From NCBI RefSeq assembly GCF_965203655.1, contig NZ_CBDBDD010000007.1, positions 7,348 through 71,347 on the forward strand: a DNA stretch of 64,000 nt. The letters run 5' to 3'. Below the pieces are notes generated by a model. The model was not told the DNA's origin. It saw only the letters and a list, made by a program, of their open reading frames with translations, and did not search any database. The first letter of the stretch is position 1, and each line of letters opens with the position of its first letter. Positions 20,936 through 29,257 of this stretch are shown here, one piece after another. The stretch comes from Candidatus Poriferisodalis sp. (GTDB taxonomy: Bacteria; Actinomycetota; Acidimicrobiia; Acidimicrobiales; Poriferisodalaceae). A program made the translations under genes and the position numbers.

Positions 20936-21397
20936 ATGGCTGAACCAGCAATTGACAAACTCCGCCGCCTAGTAGCCGCCGAAAACGGACTCTGCACCTT
21001 CGCCTGCCTAGACGGCAGCGGAGCACCCCACGTGTCCATCATCAACGCCGGCGTCATGGATCACCCCGTGACCGGCGAGACCAGCGTCGCCTGCGTCGTA
21101 AGGGCTAACGCCCGCAAGGCACGCCTGCTGCGCAGCGACCCGCGAGCCGCAATCGCGTTCCGGCACCGCTGGGACTGGGTGGCTACCCACGGCACAGCGC
21201 AGCTCATCGGCTTGGACGACCCCACCGAGGGCGTCAGCGATGCCGACATCCCCGAGCTGCTGCGAGACGTGTTCCGCTCGGCGGGCGGCACGCACGAAGA
21301 CTGGGACACCTACGACCGGGTCATGGCCGCCGAGCGTCGCCTGGCGATCTTCGTCTCGCTGGATCACATCACGTCCAACACCGGCAGCATCACCTGA
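20936..21397 (+). CDS. Pyridoxamine 5-prime-phosphate oxidase-fold (PPOX-class, likely F420/FMN-binding) protein
   Basis: Size and split-barrel-like pattern (VACVVRANARKARLLRSDPRAAIAF...ATHGTAQL). Confidence 0.65.
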   Translation: MAEPAIDKLRRLVAAENGLCTFACLDGSGAPHVSIINAGVMDHPVTGETSVACVVRANARKARLLRSDPRAAIAFRHRWDWVATHGTAQLIGLDDPTEGVSDADIPELLRDVFRSAGGTHEDWDTYDRVMAAERRLAIFVSLDHITSNTGSIT

Positions 21398-21423
21398 GCG
21401 CTGCAGCAGAAGGGAAGTGCCAG

Positions 21424-21771
21424 ATGGCCGCACCCGTCGCTCACTATTCCAAGTGGTACCGAGCGGGCGATTTCGTCTTCGTCTCGGGCCAGATCGGCCT
21501 GCGTGACGGAGCGCTCGTCGAAGGCGTCGAGGCGCAAGCACGTGAGGTGCTCGCGAACGTCGCTGAGGCGCTGGCCGAGGCAGGCGGCGGATTCGACGAC
21601 GTCGTCAAGTGCCTCGTGTTCATGACCGACATCGGCAATTTCTCGCTGATCAACTCGATCTACGCCGAGGCCTTCGGCGAGCACCGCCCTGCCAGAAGCG
21701 CCATCGGCGTGGCAGCGCTGCCGCTCGGCGCCGAGGTCGAGATCGAGGCCATCGCCTTCCTGCCCGAATAG
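21424..21771 (+). CDS. RidA/YjgF-family reactive intermediate deaminase
   Basis: GDFVFVSGQIG, KCLVFMTDI, PARSAIGVAALPLGAEVEIEA. Confidence 0.85.
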   Translation: MAAPVAHYSKWYRAGDFVFVSGQIGLRDGALVEGVEAQAREVLANVAEALAEAGGGFDDVVKCLVFMTDIGNFSLINSIYAEAFGEHRPARSAIGVAALPLGAEVEIEAIAFLPE

Positions 21772-21792
21772 CAGCCAACTACGCTTCGAGTC

Positions 21793-21948
21793 ATGGCCGG
21801 CGCCATCGTCATAGTGATCGTGCTCCTGCTGAGCCCCTTCATCATCACGATCTCGCTCGCAGCAGTGGCAGCAGCCCTCGGCAAGCTCCTCACCGACGAC
21901 GCCGAGAAGCGCCACGAAGGCAGCTCCCTCGTAGAAACCAACTTCTGA
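21793..21948 (+). CDS. Small (51 aa) hydrophobic protein, unlisted ORF
   Basis: ATG 21793 to TGA 21946-21948. MAGAIVIVIVLLLSPFIITISLAAVAAALGKLL followed by an acidic tail. Third codon positions are GC-rich like neighbouring genes. Confidence 0.35.
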   Translation: MAGAIVIVIVLLLSPFIITISLAAVAAALGKLLTDDAEKRHEGSSLVETNF

Positions 21949-21951
21949 CGA

Positions 21952-22626
21952 CTAGCGCCAGCGATACGTCCCCAGCCGATAGCCAACCGAGCGAACCGTC
22001 TGTATCAAGTCGGCATTCTCCTCGCCCAGCTTCGCCCGCAGCCGCCGGATATGAACATCCACGGTCCGCGCCCCGCCGTAGTACTCGTACCCCCACACCT
22101 GGTTCAGCAACGCCTCGCGCGTGAACACCCGCCCGGGCTGCGATGCCAGGAAGCGCAGCAGCTCGTACTCCATGTAGGTGAGGTCGAGCGGGCGCTCGTC
22201 CACGACGGCTTCGTAGGTGTCGAGGTTGATGCGCAGCGGCCCGTACGTGATGATCTCGGTGGATCCGTCGCCCGAGCCCGCGGCCAGATGCGCCAGCCGG
22301 GCTTCGAGTTCGCGCGGGTGAAACGGGTCCAGGCAGAAGTCGTCGAACAGCTCGTCACGCATCGTCAGCTCGTCGAGGGCGTTGCCGCGCACCAGCAGCA
22401 GCACGGCCGTGCTGGCACTTTCTCGCAGCGATTGAGCCACCGCCCATGCTGCGTCGGTGCCGTCACCCGTGCCGCTGTCGAGACGGATGATTGCCCCCGT
22501 CCACCCCTCGGACGGAGCATCGGCGGTCACTTCAGCAGCGTCGGCCACCGGCTTCCAGGCGTAGCCGCCGAGGTCCAGGAACTGTGCCAGCTCGGGGCTC
22601 ACGGTTCCGGGATGGACGGCGTACAT
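21952..22626 (-). CDS. glnR: OmpR-family orphan regulator with atypical receiver domain (GlnR-like)
   Basis: C-terminal winged helix LTYMEYELLRFL...YGGARTVDVHIRRLRAKLG...VRSVGYRL. The N-terminal domain lacks an obvious phospho-acceptor context. Lies directly downstream of glnA. ATG 22626 was chosen to avoid overlapping glnA. Confidence 0.75.
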   Translation of the reverse strand: MYAVHPGTVSPELAQFLDLGGYAWKPVADAAEVTADAPSEGWTGAIIRLDSGTGDGTDAAWAVAQSLRESASTAVLLLVRGNALDELTMRDELFDDFCLDPFHPRELEARLAHLAAGSGDGSTEIITYGPLRINLDTYEAVVDERPLDLTYMEYELLRFLASQPGRVFTREALLNQVWGYEYYGGARTVDVHIRRLRAKLGEENADLIQTVRSVGYRLGTYRWR

Positions 22627-22634
22627 GCCCAAAG

Positions 22635-23990
22635 TCAAACTGCAGCGAAGTAATTGTCCAACTCGAATTGAGTCACCTGGGCCTGATAGGCCGACCATTC
22701 GCGGCGCTTGTTGCGCAGGAACCAGCGGAACAGGTGCTGACCCAGCGTCTCGGCCACCAGCGCGCTGCCTTCCATCTCGTCGAGCGCTTCGTCCAGCGAG
22801 GCGGGCAGGTGATGGCCATAGGACGGGCCTCCGTGGTCGCTGTAGCCGGTGATCGACGGGGGAGTCTCAGGCGGCAGTTCGTAGCCCTGCTCGATGCCGG
22901 TCAGGCCCGCCGCCAGGATCACCGCAAAGGCGAGATAGGGGTTGCAGGCGGGGTCCGGTGCGCGGTACTCGACCCGTGTGGATTCCTCCCGCTCGGTGCG
23001 GGTCGGCGGCACCCGGATGAGCGCCGCGCGGTTGCTGCGTGCCCACGAGATCGCCACCGGTGCCTCGTACCCGGCGATCAGCCGCTTGTAGCTGTTGACG
23101 AGCTGGTTGGTGACTGCGGTGATCTCCCGCGCGTGGGTCAGCAGGCCCGCCACGAAGCCCCGTGCCACGTCGGAGAGTCCGTCGGCGGCGCTGGGGTCGC
23201 TGAAGGCGTTGCGTCCTTCGGAGAACAGCGACAGGTGGGTGTGCATGCCGGAGCCCTGCACGCCGGCGAGCGGCTTGGGCATGAAGGTGGCGTGCACGCC
23301 GTGCTCGAAGGCGATCTCGCGCACCAGCAGCCGGAAGGTCATCACGCTGTCGGCCATGGTGAGCGCGTCGGCATAGCGCAGGTCGATCTCGTGCTGCGAG
23401 GGGGCATCCTCGTGGAACGAGTACTCGACGGGGATTCCCATGGTCTCGAGCGCGCTCAGCGTGCGATGGCGAATGTCCGACGCGATGTCAGCAGTGGTGA
23501 GATCGAAGTAGCTGCCGCCGTCGAGCGGCACGGGTTGCCCGTCGACCCGATCTGGTTCGAACAGGAAGTACTCCATCTCGGGCGCCACATAGAACGTGTA
23601 TCCCGCGGCGTGCGCCCGGTCCATGACCCGGCGCAGCACACCCCTGGGATCACCATCGAAGGGAGTGCCATCGGCGCCGGTGATGTCGCAGAACATGCGC
23701 GCCGAGATGTCCTCGCCGTTCTGGCCGCTGCGCGAGGCCATCAGCTCGAAGGTCTCGGGATCGGGCCGCGCCACCATGTCCGCCTCGGCGATGCGGCTGA
23801 AGCCCTCGATGGAGGAGCCGTCAAACACCATGCCCTGCTCGAAGGCCGTCTCGAGCTCGGCCGGCGAGATGGCGAACGACTTGAGCTGCCCGGCGACGTC
23901 GGTGAACCACAGGCGGATGAGTCGCACGCCGCGCTCGGTGACGCGGTGAAGCACGTAGTCCTGCGGTCGTTCACGACTCGAGATCGTCAC
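22635..23990 (-). CDS. glnA: Glutamine synthetase type I (GlnA2-like)
   Basis: VRLIRLWFTDVAGQLKSFAI, FDGSSIEGF, MPKPLAGVQGSGMHTHLSL. Confidence 0.92.
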   Translation of the reverse strand: MTISSRERPQDYVLHRVTERGVRLIRLWFTDVAGQLKSFAISPAELETAFEQGMVFDGSSIEGFSRIAEADMVARPDPETFELMASRSGQNGEDISARMFCDITGADGTPFDGDPRGVLRRVMDRAHAAGYTFYVAPEMEYFLFEPDRVDGQPVPLDGGSYFDLTTADIASDIRHRTLSALETMGIPVEYSFHEDAPSQHEIDLRYADALTMADSVMTFRLLVREIAFEHGVHATFMPKPLAGVQGSGMHTHLSLFSEGRNAFSDPSAADGLSDVARGFVAGLLTHAREITAVTNQLVNSYKRLIAGYEAPVAISWARSNRAALIRVPPTRTEREESTRVEYRAPDPACNPYLAFAVILAAGLTGIEQGYELPPETPPSITGYSDHGGPSYGHHLPASLDEALDEMEGSALVAETLGQHLFRWFLRNKRREWSAYQAQVTQFELDNYFAAV

Positions 23991-24082
23991 GGCGGCCTCC
24001 CCTGGCCCGGGTGCCCTGAGGCAGTTGGCTGAGGCCCCATTGTCGGCGGCGCGCTCTCGGCTGATCCAGAGTCCGCAGCCAG

Positions 24083-24104
24083 CTTCACGCGCTGTTCACA
24101 TTTG
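24083..24104 (+). promoter_or_regulatory. Two phased 11-nt GTTCAC-type direct repeats in the glnA/glnII divergent spacer (PHO-box-like or GlnR-box-like)
   Basis: CTTCACGCGCT (24083-24093) followed by GTTCACATTTG (24094-24104). Another CTGTTCACAT lies at 24213-24222. Confidence 0.3.
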
Positions 24105-24260
24105 GGCAATGGCCCGGAAACCCTGGCTCGTTTGTATCGTGCGCACGGACATTGGTGTCAGCCGCCAACCGGGCCAGCCGCTCGCGGGCTCGCAGGCACA
24201 GTGACTGACTTCCTGTTCACATCTTCATTCCCGCAACCGAATGCAGCGAAGGAGCATGCA

Positions 24261-25274
24261 GTGACCTACCGCGCCGAGTACATCTGGACGGACGGCACAG
24301 AGCCCACGGCCGAGGTTCGTTCCAAGACGAGAGTCCTGGCCGACGGCGAGGAGCCTGGCATCTGGGGATTTGATGGCTCCAGCACCAATCAGGCCGAAGG
24401 CAGCGACTCCGATGTCGTGCTGAAGCCGGTCTACAACTGCCCCGATCCGCTGCGGGGCGGCAACGACATCATGGTGATGTGCGAGACCTTCCTGCCCGAG
24501 ACGATGGAGCCGCATCCGACCAACATGCGGGCCAAGACCAGGGCGATCCTCGACAAGTACGGCGGTCAGGACTTCTGGTTCGGTCTCGAGCAGGAGTACA
24601 CCATGCTCGACCCGGTCACCAAGTGGCCCTCGGGCTTCCCGCCCAACGGTTTCCCCGGTCCCCAGGGGCCGTACTACTGCGGCGTGGGCGCACTGCGCAT
24701 CCACGGCCGTGACGTGGTCGAGCAGCACACCACCTGGTGCATCGAGGCGGGCTTGAACATCTCGGGCACCAACGCCGAGGTGATGCCCGGCCAGTGGGAG
24801 TTCCAGATCGGCCCGTGCGATGCGCTGACCGTGGGCGACGAGATCTGGCTGGCCCGCTACCTGCTGTACCGCGCCGGCGAGGATCACGAGATCGAGATCA
24901 GCCTGGCCGCCAAGCCCATGCAGGGTGACTGGAACGGTGCGGGCATGCACACCAACGTGTCCACCCAGGCGATGCGTGAGAACTACGACGCTGTGGTGAA
25001 GGCAGCGGAGTCGCTGGGTGCGCCGGGCAAGCCCGAGCAGCACATCGCCGGCTACGGCCACGGCATCGAGCTGCGCCTGACCGGCGAGCACGAGACCGAG
25101 CGCTACGACACGTTCAGCTTCGGCGTGTCCGACCGTGGTGCGTCGGTGCGCATCCCGTGGCAGGTCCACCAGGACGGCAAGGGCTACATCGAGGATCGCC
25201 GGCCGAACGCCAACGCCGATCCCTACGTGGTGACGGCCCTGCTGAGCCAGACGATTGGCGAAGCGCTGGCCTAA
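24261..25274 (+). CDS. glnII: Glutamine synthetase type II (eukaryote-like GSII)
   Basis: YRAEYIWTDG and GFDGSSTNQAEGSDSDV, 337 aa. GTG 24261 lies 6 nt after GAAGGAG. Confidence 0.88.
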   Translation: MTYRAEYIWTDGTEPTAEVRSKTRVLADGEEPGIWGFDGSSTNQAEGSDSDVVLKPVYNCPDPLRGGNDIMVMCETFLPETMEPHPTNMRAKTRAILDKYGGQDFWFGLEQEYTMLDPVTKWPSGFPPNGFPGPQGPYYCGVGALRIHGRDVVEQHTTWCIEAGLNISGTNAEVMPGQWEFQIGPCDALTVGDEIWLARYLLYRAGEDHEIEISLAAKPMQGDWNGAGMHTNVSTQAMRENYDAVVKAAESLGAPGKPEQHIAGYGHGIELRLTGEHETERYDTFSFGVSDRGASVRIPWQVHQDGKGYIEDRRPNANADPYVVTALLSQTIGEALA

Positions 25275-27055
25275 CGGAAAAAGTTCGTGATCGGCATCCG
25301 CCGGTCTTTGCCGAAGCTCTTCGCGGTGATGCGAGGGCCGGGCGGCGATTGACGCCGCTTGTACTCGGCGATGTCGACGAGTCGTGTCACACGGTGCACG
25401 ACGTCGGGGTCGGCGCTGAGCTGCTGCGCGACGTCGAGCATCTCGGCGGCGCTGAGGTCGCCTTCCACGTAGGCCTCCACCAGCGGGTCCAGCAGTTCGT
25501 ACGGCGGCAGGCTCTGGTCGTCACGCTGGTCGGGCCGCAGCTCGGCTGAGGGCGGCTTGTCGATGCACGCCTGCGGGACGCGTTCGCCGTCGCCCTGGCG
25601 GTTGCGCCAGCGGCACAGCTCGTACACCAGCAGCTTGGGCACGTCCCGGATGACGGCATACGCGCCGGCGGTGTCGCCGTACAGCGTCGTGTAGCCGACG
25701 GAGGTCTCGGTCTTGTTGCCGGTGGTGAGCACCAGCCAGCCGAACCGGTTCGACAGCGCCATGAGCAGCACGCCACGGATGCGGCTCTGGAGGTTCTGAT
25801 CGGTCAGATCGGCCGCGGCGACCTCGGCCGCGGAGCCGCCCGGAGCAGCGGGTGCGTCCAGCATCCCGGCGAGCGCAGCGTGCGCGGGCTCAATCGGCAC
25901 AGTGCGGAAGTCGATGCCGAGGTTCTTTGCGAGCTGCGCGGCATCGGTGCGCGATCCGTCGCTGGAGTAGCGAGAAGGCATCGACACGCCGTGCACATGC
26001 GCCGACCCGAGCGCATCAGCGGCGATGGCGGCAACCGCACTGGAGTCGATGCCGCCCGACAGCCCGACCGCCACGTCAGTGAAGCCGTTCTTGCGCACGT
26101 AGTCACGAGTAGCCACCACCAGCGCCTGCCAGACCTCCTCCAGCGGATCGGGCAGTGCTGCAACGACGCCGCCGCCAGCAGAGGGTTCGCCCGCCAAGGG
26201 AACCTCGCAAACCGCAACCTGGGGCGTGAAAGCATCAAGCCGGCAGATGACCTGCCCGGAGGCATCGGTCACAAACGAGTTGCCGTCAAAGACCAGCTCG
26301 TCCTGCCCGCCCACCTGGTTGACATAGACAACAGGAACCCCCAGCGCCGCGGCCCGCGTCCGGGCAACAGCCTCCCGGTCAGCCTGCTTGCCCCGCCGGT
26401 AAGGCGACCCGTTCAGGTTCACCAGCACCTGCGCGCCCATCGCAACCTGCGCCAGCGCCGGACTCGTATCGGCCTCGCCCCCCACGACCGAAGGCAGCCC
26501 GCCGTCATCAGCGGTCGCATCAGCAGTACGAGGCGGCCCCCAAAGGTCCTCACAGATCGAAACACCCACCGCCACCCCGTCGACAGTCAGCAACGGCCCC
26601 GCGTCGCTGCCAGGCACGAAGTAGCGCTGCTCATCAAACACGGCGTAATTCGGCAGCAGATGCTTGCGAAACACCCCACGAACCGCACCGTCCCAGCAAA
26701 GAGCAGCCGAATTCCACAACCGAACCGGCCCACCCCACCCCGTGTCCTCAGGAAACCCCACCACCGCAGGCACCGCCCCCGTATGGGAAGCAATCCGCGA
26801 CAGCGCCTGCGCAGCCCCCTCCACAAAAGCAGGCTTCAACAACAAATCCTCAGGCGGATACCCACTAACCGTCAGCTCACTGAACACCACCACCTGCGCC
26901 CCCGCGCGCACAGCCTCGTCGTAGGCAGCCAAGACCATCTCAGCGTTCCCATCCAAATCACCAAGCCGCAAATTGAGCTGAGCCAGCCCCACAAGCACCG
27001 CCACCAGAAAAACCCTACGCAAGCACAGGCGCGCGGAGGCATCGGAGCAAGTCAT
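25271..27055 (-). CDS. nadE: Glutamine-dependent NAD+ synthetase (CN-hydrolase plus NAD synthase domains)
   Basis: LAQLNLRLGD...VVFSELTVSGYP N-terminal nitrilase-like domain. GLSGGIDSS PP-loop. The start is probably a few codons inside the listed ORF. Confidence 0.88.
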   Translation of the reverse strand: MTCSDASARLCLRRVFLVAVLVGLAQLNLRLGDLDGNAEMVLAAYDEAVRAGAQVVVFSELTVSGYPPEDLLLKPAFVEGAAQALSRIASHTGAVPAVVGFPEDTGWGGPVRLWNSAALCWDGAVRGVFRKHLLPNYAVFDEQRYFVPGSDAGPLLTVDGVAVGVSICEDLWGPPRTADATADDGGLPSVVGGEADTSPALAQVAMGAQVLVNLNGSPYRRGKQADREAVARTRAAALGVPVVYVNQVGGQDELVFDGNSFVTDASGQVICRLDAFTPQVAVCEVPLAGEPSAGGGVVAALPDPLEEVWQALVVATRDYVRKNGFTDVAVGLSGGIDSSAVAAIAADALGSAHVHGVSMPSRYSSDGSRTDAAQLAKNLGIDFRTVPIEPAHAALAGMLDAPAAPGGSAAEVAAADLTDQNLQSRIRGVLLMALSNRFGWLVLTTGNKTETSVGYTTLYGDTAGAYAVIRDVPKLLVYELCRWRNRQGDGERVPQACIDKPPSAELRPDQRDDQSLPPYELLDPLVEAYVEGDLSAAEMLDVAQQLSADPDVVHRVTRLVDIAEYKRRQSPPGPRITAKSFGKDRRMPITNFFR

Positions 27056-27138
27056 AGGTACGCTGCGCCCTCACCGGGGGAAGCAACAGCAACCGCCGGT
27101 CGTAAAGGCAAGCGGGGGACGACCAGCGAGGTGGCGCG

Positions 27139-28074
27139 GTGGCCAAAGAGAGGGTCGAACGTGACGAGGAAGACCTCGTCCGCCTGTACCTGACCGACAT
27201 CGGCCAGTACCCCCTGCTGAACAAGGACGACGAGGTCCGGCTCGCGCAGCTGATCGAGAAGGGCATCGCCGCCAAGGATTCGCTCGAATCTGCCCGCGAC
27301 ATTTCCAGCGCGCAACGCCGCCGTCTCATCCGAGCGCAGCAGCAGGGCGCCCGTGCCGAGCGCACTTTCGTGCAGTCCAACCTGCGGCTCGTGGTGTCGA
27401 TCGCGAAGAAGTACCAGGCGTCGGGGCTGCCGCTGTTGGATCTCATCCAGGAGGGCAACTTGGGCCTGATGCACGCGGTCGAGAAGTTCGACTGGCGCAA
27501 GGGCTTCAAGTTCTCGACCTATGCGACATGGTGGATCCGCCAGGCGATCACGCGCGGCATCGCCAACACCGGCCGCACGATCCGGCTGCCCGTGCACGCC
27601 GGCGACACGCTGGCCCGCCTGCAGAAGGCCCGCTCCCGGCTCGAGCTGAAATACGGTCGCCCTGCCACGCTCGGCGAGCTGGCGGTCGAGGTCGACATGC
27701 CCGAGCAGAAGGTCACCGAGGCGCTGCGGTTCGCTGCTGAGCCGCTGTCGCTGTCGGAGCCGCTGCGCGAGGACAGCGACGCCGAGCTGGGCGATGTCGT
27801 CGAGGACCGCGCGGCGGAGTCGCCGTTCGAGGTCGCGGCCACCACGCTGCTGCCGAGCGAGATCACCCGGCTGCTGTCACCGCTGGATGAGCGCGAGCGC
27901 GAGATCCTCAAGCTCCGCTACGGCCTCGACCGCGGCGAGCCCCGCACGCTCGAAGAGGTGGGCGAGCACTTCCAGCTCACCCGCGAGCGCATCCGCCAGA
28001 TCGAGGCCCGGGCGATGTCCAAGCTGCGCCATCCCAGCACTGATACCGGCGCACGCGACCTGCTGTCGGTCTAG
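27139..28074 (+). CDS. Sigma-70 family RNA polymerase sigma factor (group 1/2-like, short N-terminus)
   Basis: LVRLYLTDIGQYPLL, NLRLVVSIAKKY, TYATWWIRQAITR, LEEVGEHFQLTRERIRQIE. Confidence 0.88.
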   Translation: MAKERVERDEEDLVRLYLTDIGQYPLLNKDDEVRLAQLIEKGIAAKDSLESARDISSAQRRRLIRAQQQGARAERTFVQSNLRLVVSIAKKYQASGLPLLDLIQEGNLGLMHAVEKFDWRKGFKFSTYATWWIRQAITRGIANTGRTIRLPVHAGDTLARLQKARSRLELKYGRPATLGELAVEVDMPEQKVTEALRFAAEPLSLSEPLREDSDAELGDVVEDRAAESPFEVAATTLLPSEITRLLSPLDEREREILKLRYGLDRGEPRTLEEVGEHFQLTRERIRQIEARAMSKLRHPSTDTGARDLLSV

Positions 28075-28162
28075 CGAGCCACCTGTCGGTCTGGCCAGCA
28101 ACGCGTCGGTCTAGCGGGCCACGCGACGGTCAAACCAGCCACGCGACGGGGCCGACAGTGGT
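28063..28162 (+). repeat. Five phased 20-bp degenerate tandem repeats spanning the sigma-gene stop codon
   Basis: CTGTCGGTCTAGCGAGCCAC / CTGTCGGTCTGGCCAGCAAC / GCGTCGGTCTAGCGGGCCAC / GCGACGGTCAAACCAGCCAC / GCGACGGGGCCGACAGTGGT, spaced exactly 20 nt apart. Confidence 0.65.
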
Positions 28163-28192
28163 CGCGAGCGCCTGAACGCCGCGCCGGCCGGC

Positions 28193-28267
28193 TTAGGCCT
28201 CGGACAGGCGGCGGACCACGATGACGATCAGGGCGCCGACGATCACGGCGAGCAGCAGCTTCTTCAT
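28193..28267 (-). CDS. Possible 24-aa hydrophobic peptide (MKKLLLAVIVGALIVIVVRRLSEA)
   Basis: ATG 28267 preceded by GAGGACGAAGCACC, with TAA at 28193-28195. Too short to score and not in the ORF track. Confidence 0.25.
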   Translation of the reverse strand: MKKLLLAVIVGALIVIVVRRLSEA

Positions 28268-28363
28268 GGTGCTTCGTCCTCTGTGAGGGGTGAGCCGACG
28301 GCATCGGCACAGCGAATGTTATGCGGACACGTCGTGAACTCCGCACGCGCCCGGCGAGATGAT

Positions 28364-28459
28364 TGGCGGAGGTGGACGGGAATCGAACCCGCCGGACGGG
28401 GATCACCCGTCCCGCCCGCTTTGAAGGCGGGGGAGCCCACCAGGCGCTCAGACACCTCC
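28364..28459 (-). tRNA. selC: tRNA-Sec (anticodon UCA)
   Basis: 96 nt. Anticodon arm CCCGC-CUUCAAA-GCGGG. Long variable arm GGACGGG-UGAUC-CCCGUCC. T loop UUCGAUU. 6-bp-type D stem with a 4-nt loop. Discriminator G plus encoded CCA. Confidence 0.8.
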
Positions 28460-28624
28460 GCCGGTCATCTTTGCCCACCGCCGGTCGTCGCGCCACTCGA
28501 AATGGGCCTGAGCGCCGAGATAGGCGGACTGTCCCGAAAACCCATTTGATCGCGCTGCCTCGCATCGGCAAGGGTGAGCCGGTAATGAAGTTTCAGTCAA
28601 TCTGAATGATTATCGGGGATACCA

Positions 28625-29257
28625 ATGATCTATGCTTATCTCGGCGCGAAAGGCGGCGTCGGCAACACCGTGACAGCCCTGCTGGCTGCAGTCAGCGCGA
28701 AGCGTTCGGGCCGCGACGTCGTGCTGGCCGACCTCACCGGCGACTTCGGCGTGGTGCTCGGCACAGCGCCCGACCTGCCCGGCATCGCCGAATGGACCGC
28801 AGCATCGGAGCTCTCGCTGGGGTCCGCATCGGCATTGGCGGTCGATGTCGCGCCGGGCATCAGCCTGCTGCCACGCGGCAGCGGCGACATCGACGCATCC
28901 CGGCTCGCCACGCTGTGGTCGCTGCTTGCGGGCAAGCCGAGGGTCAACATCATCGACGCGGGCCGCGGCCGCACTGCCCTGTCGCAGGTGTCGGGTCCGC
29001 GGGTGAGGCGCCTGCTCACGATGACCTGCTGCTACCAGGCCCTGCACCGGGCTCGTGAACTGGTGCCGCAGGTCGATGACGTCATCGTGCTCACCGACAC
29101 GCAGCGGGCATTGGGCCTGGCCGACATCGAGGCCGCACTGGGCCGTCACGCCGACGCAGTCCTCGCCGTCGACCGCTCCGTCTCACGCTGGGCCGACGCA
29201 GGACTGCTGCTGGATCGCGGCGCGAAGCCCGCACGGTCGCTGGACGTCTTCTTGTGA
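28625..29257 (+). CDS. ParA/MinD-like ATPase of Tad loci (Ssd/TadZ/CpaE-like)
   Basis: Deviant Walker A LGAKGGVGNTVTA. GTGA overlap with the tadA-like gene. Confidence 0.7.
   Translation: MIYAYLGAKGGVGNTVTALLAAVSAKRSGRDVVLADLTGDFGVVLGTAPDLPGIAEWTAASELSLGSASALAVDVAPGISLLPRGSGDIDASRLATLWSLLAGKPRVNIIDAGRGRTALSQVSGPRVRRLLTMTCCYQALHRARELVPQVDDVIVLTDTQRALGLADIEAALGRHADAVLAVDRSVSRWADAGLLLDRGAKPARSLDVFL

Noticed and set aside
24102-24260. TTG 24102 start giving a 390-aa glnII product
   Set aside because: GSII proteins are about 340 aa and the conserved YRAEYIWTDG N-terminus follows GTG 24261, which has a GAAGGAG RBS. The upstream 53 codons look non-coding.
28063-28162. CRISPR array interpretation of the 20-bp tandem repeats (and of the 15-nt repeats at 47565-47669)
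   Set aside because: The repeats are contiguous with no unique spacers, are too short, and have no cas genes nearby. The 15-nt array is in-frame coding sequence.
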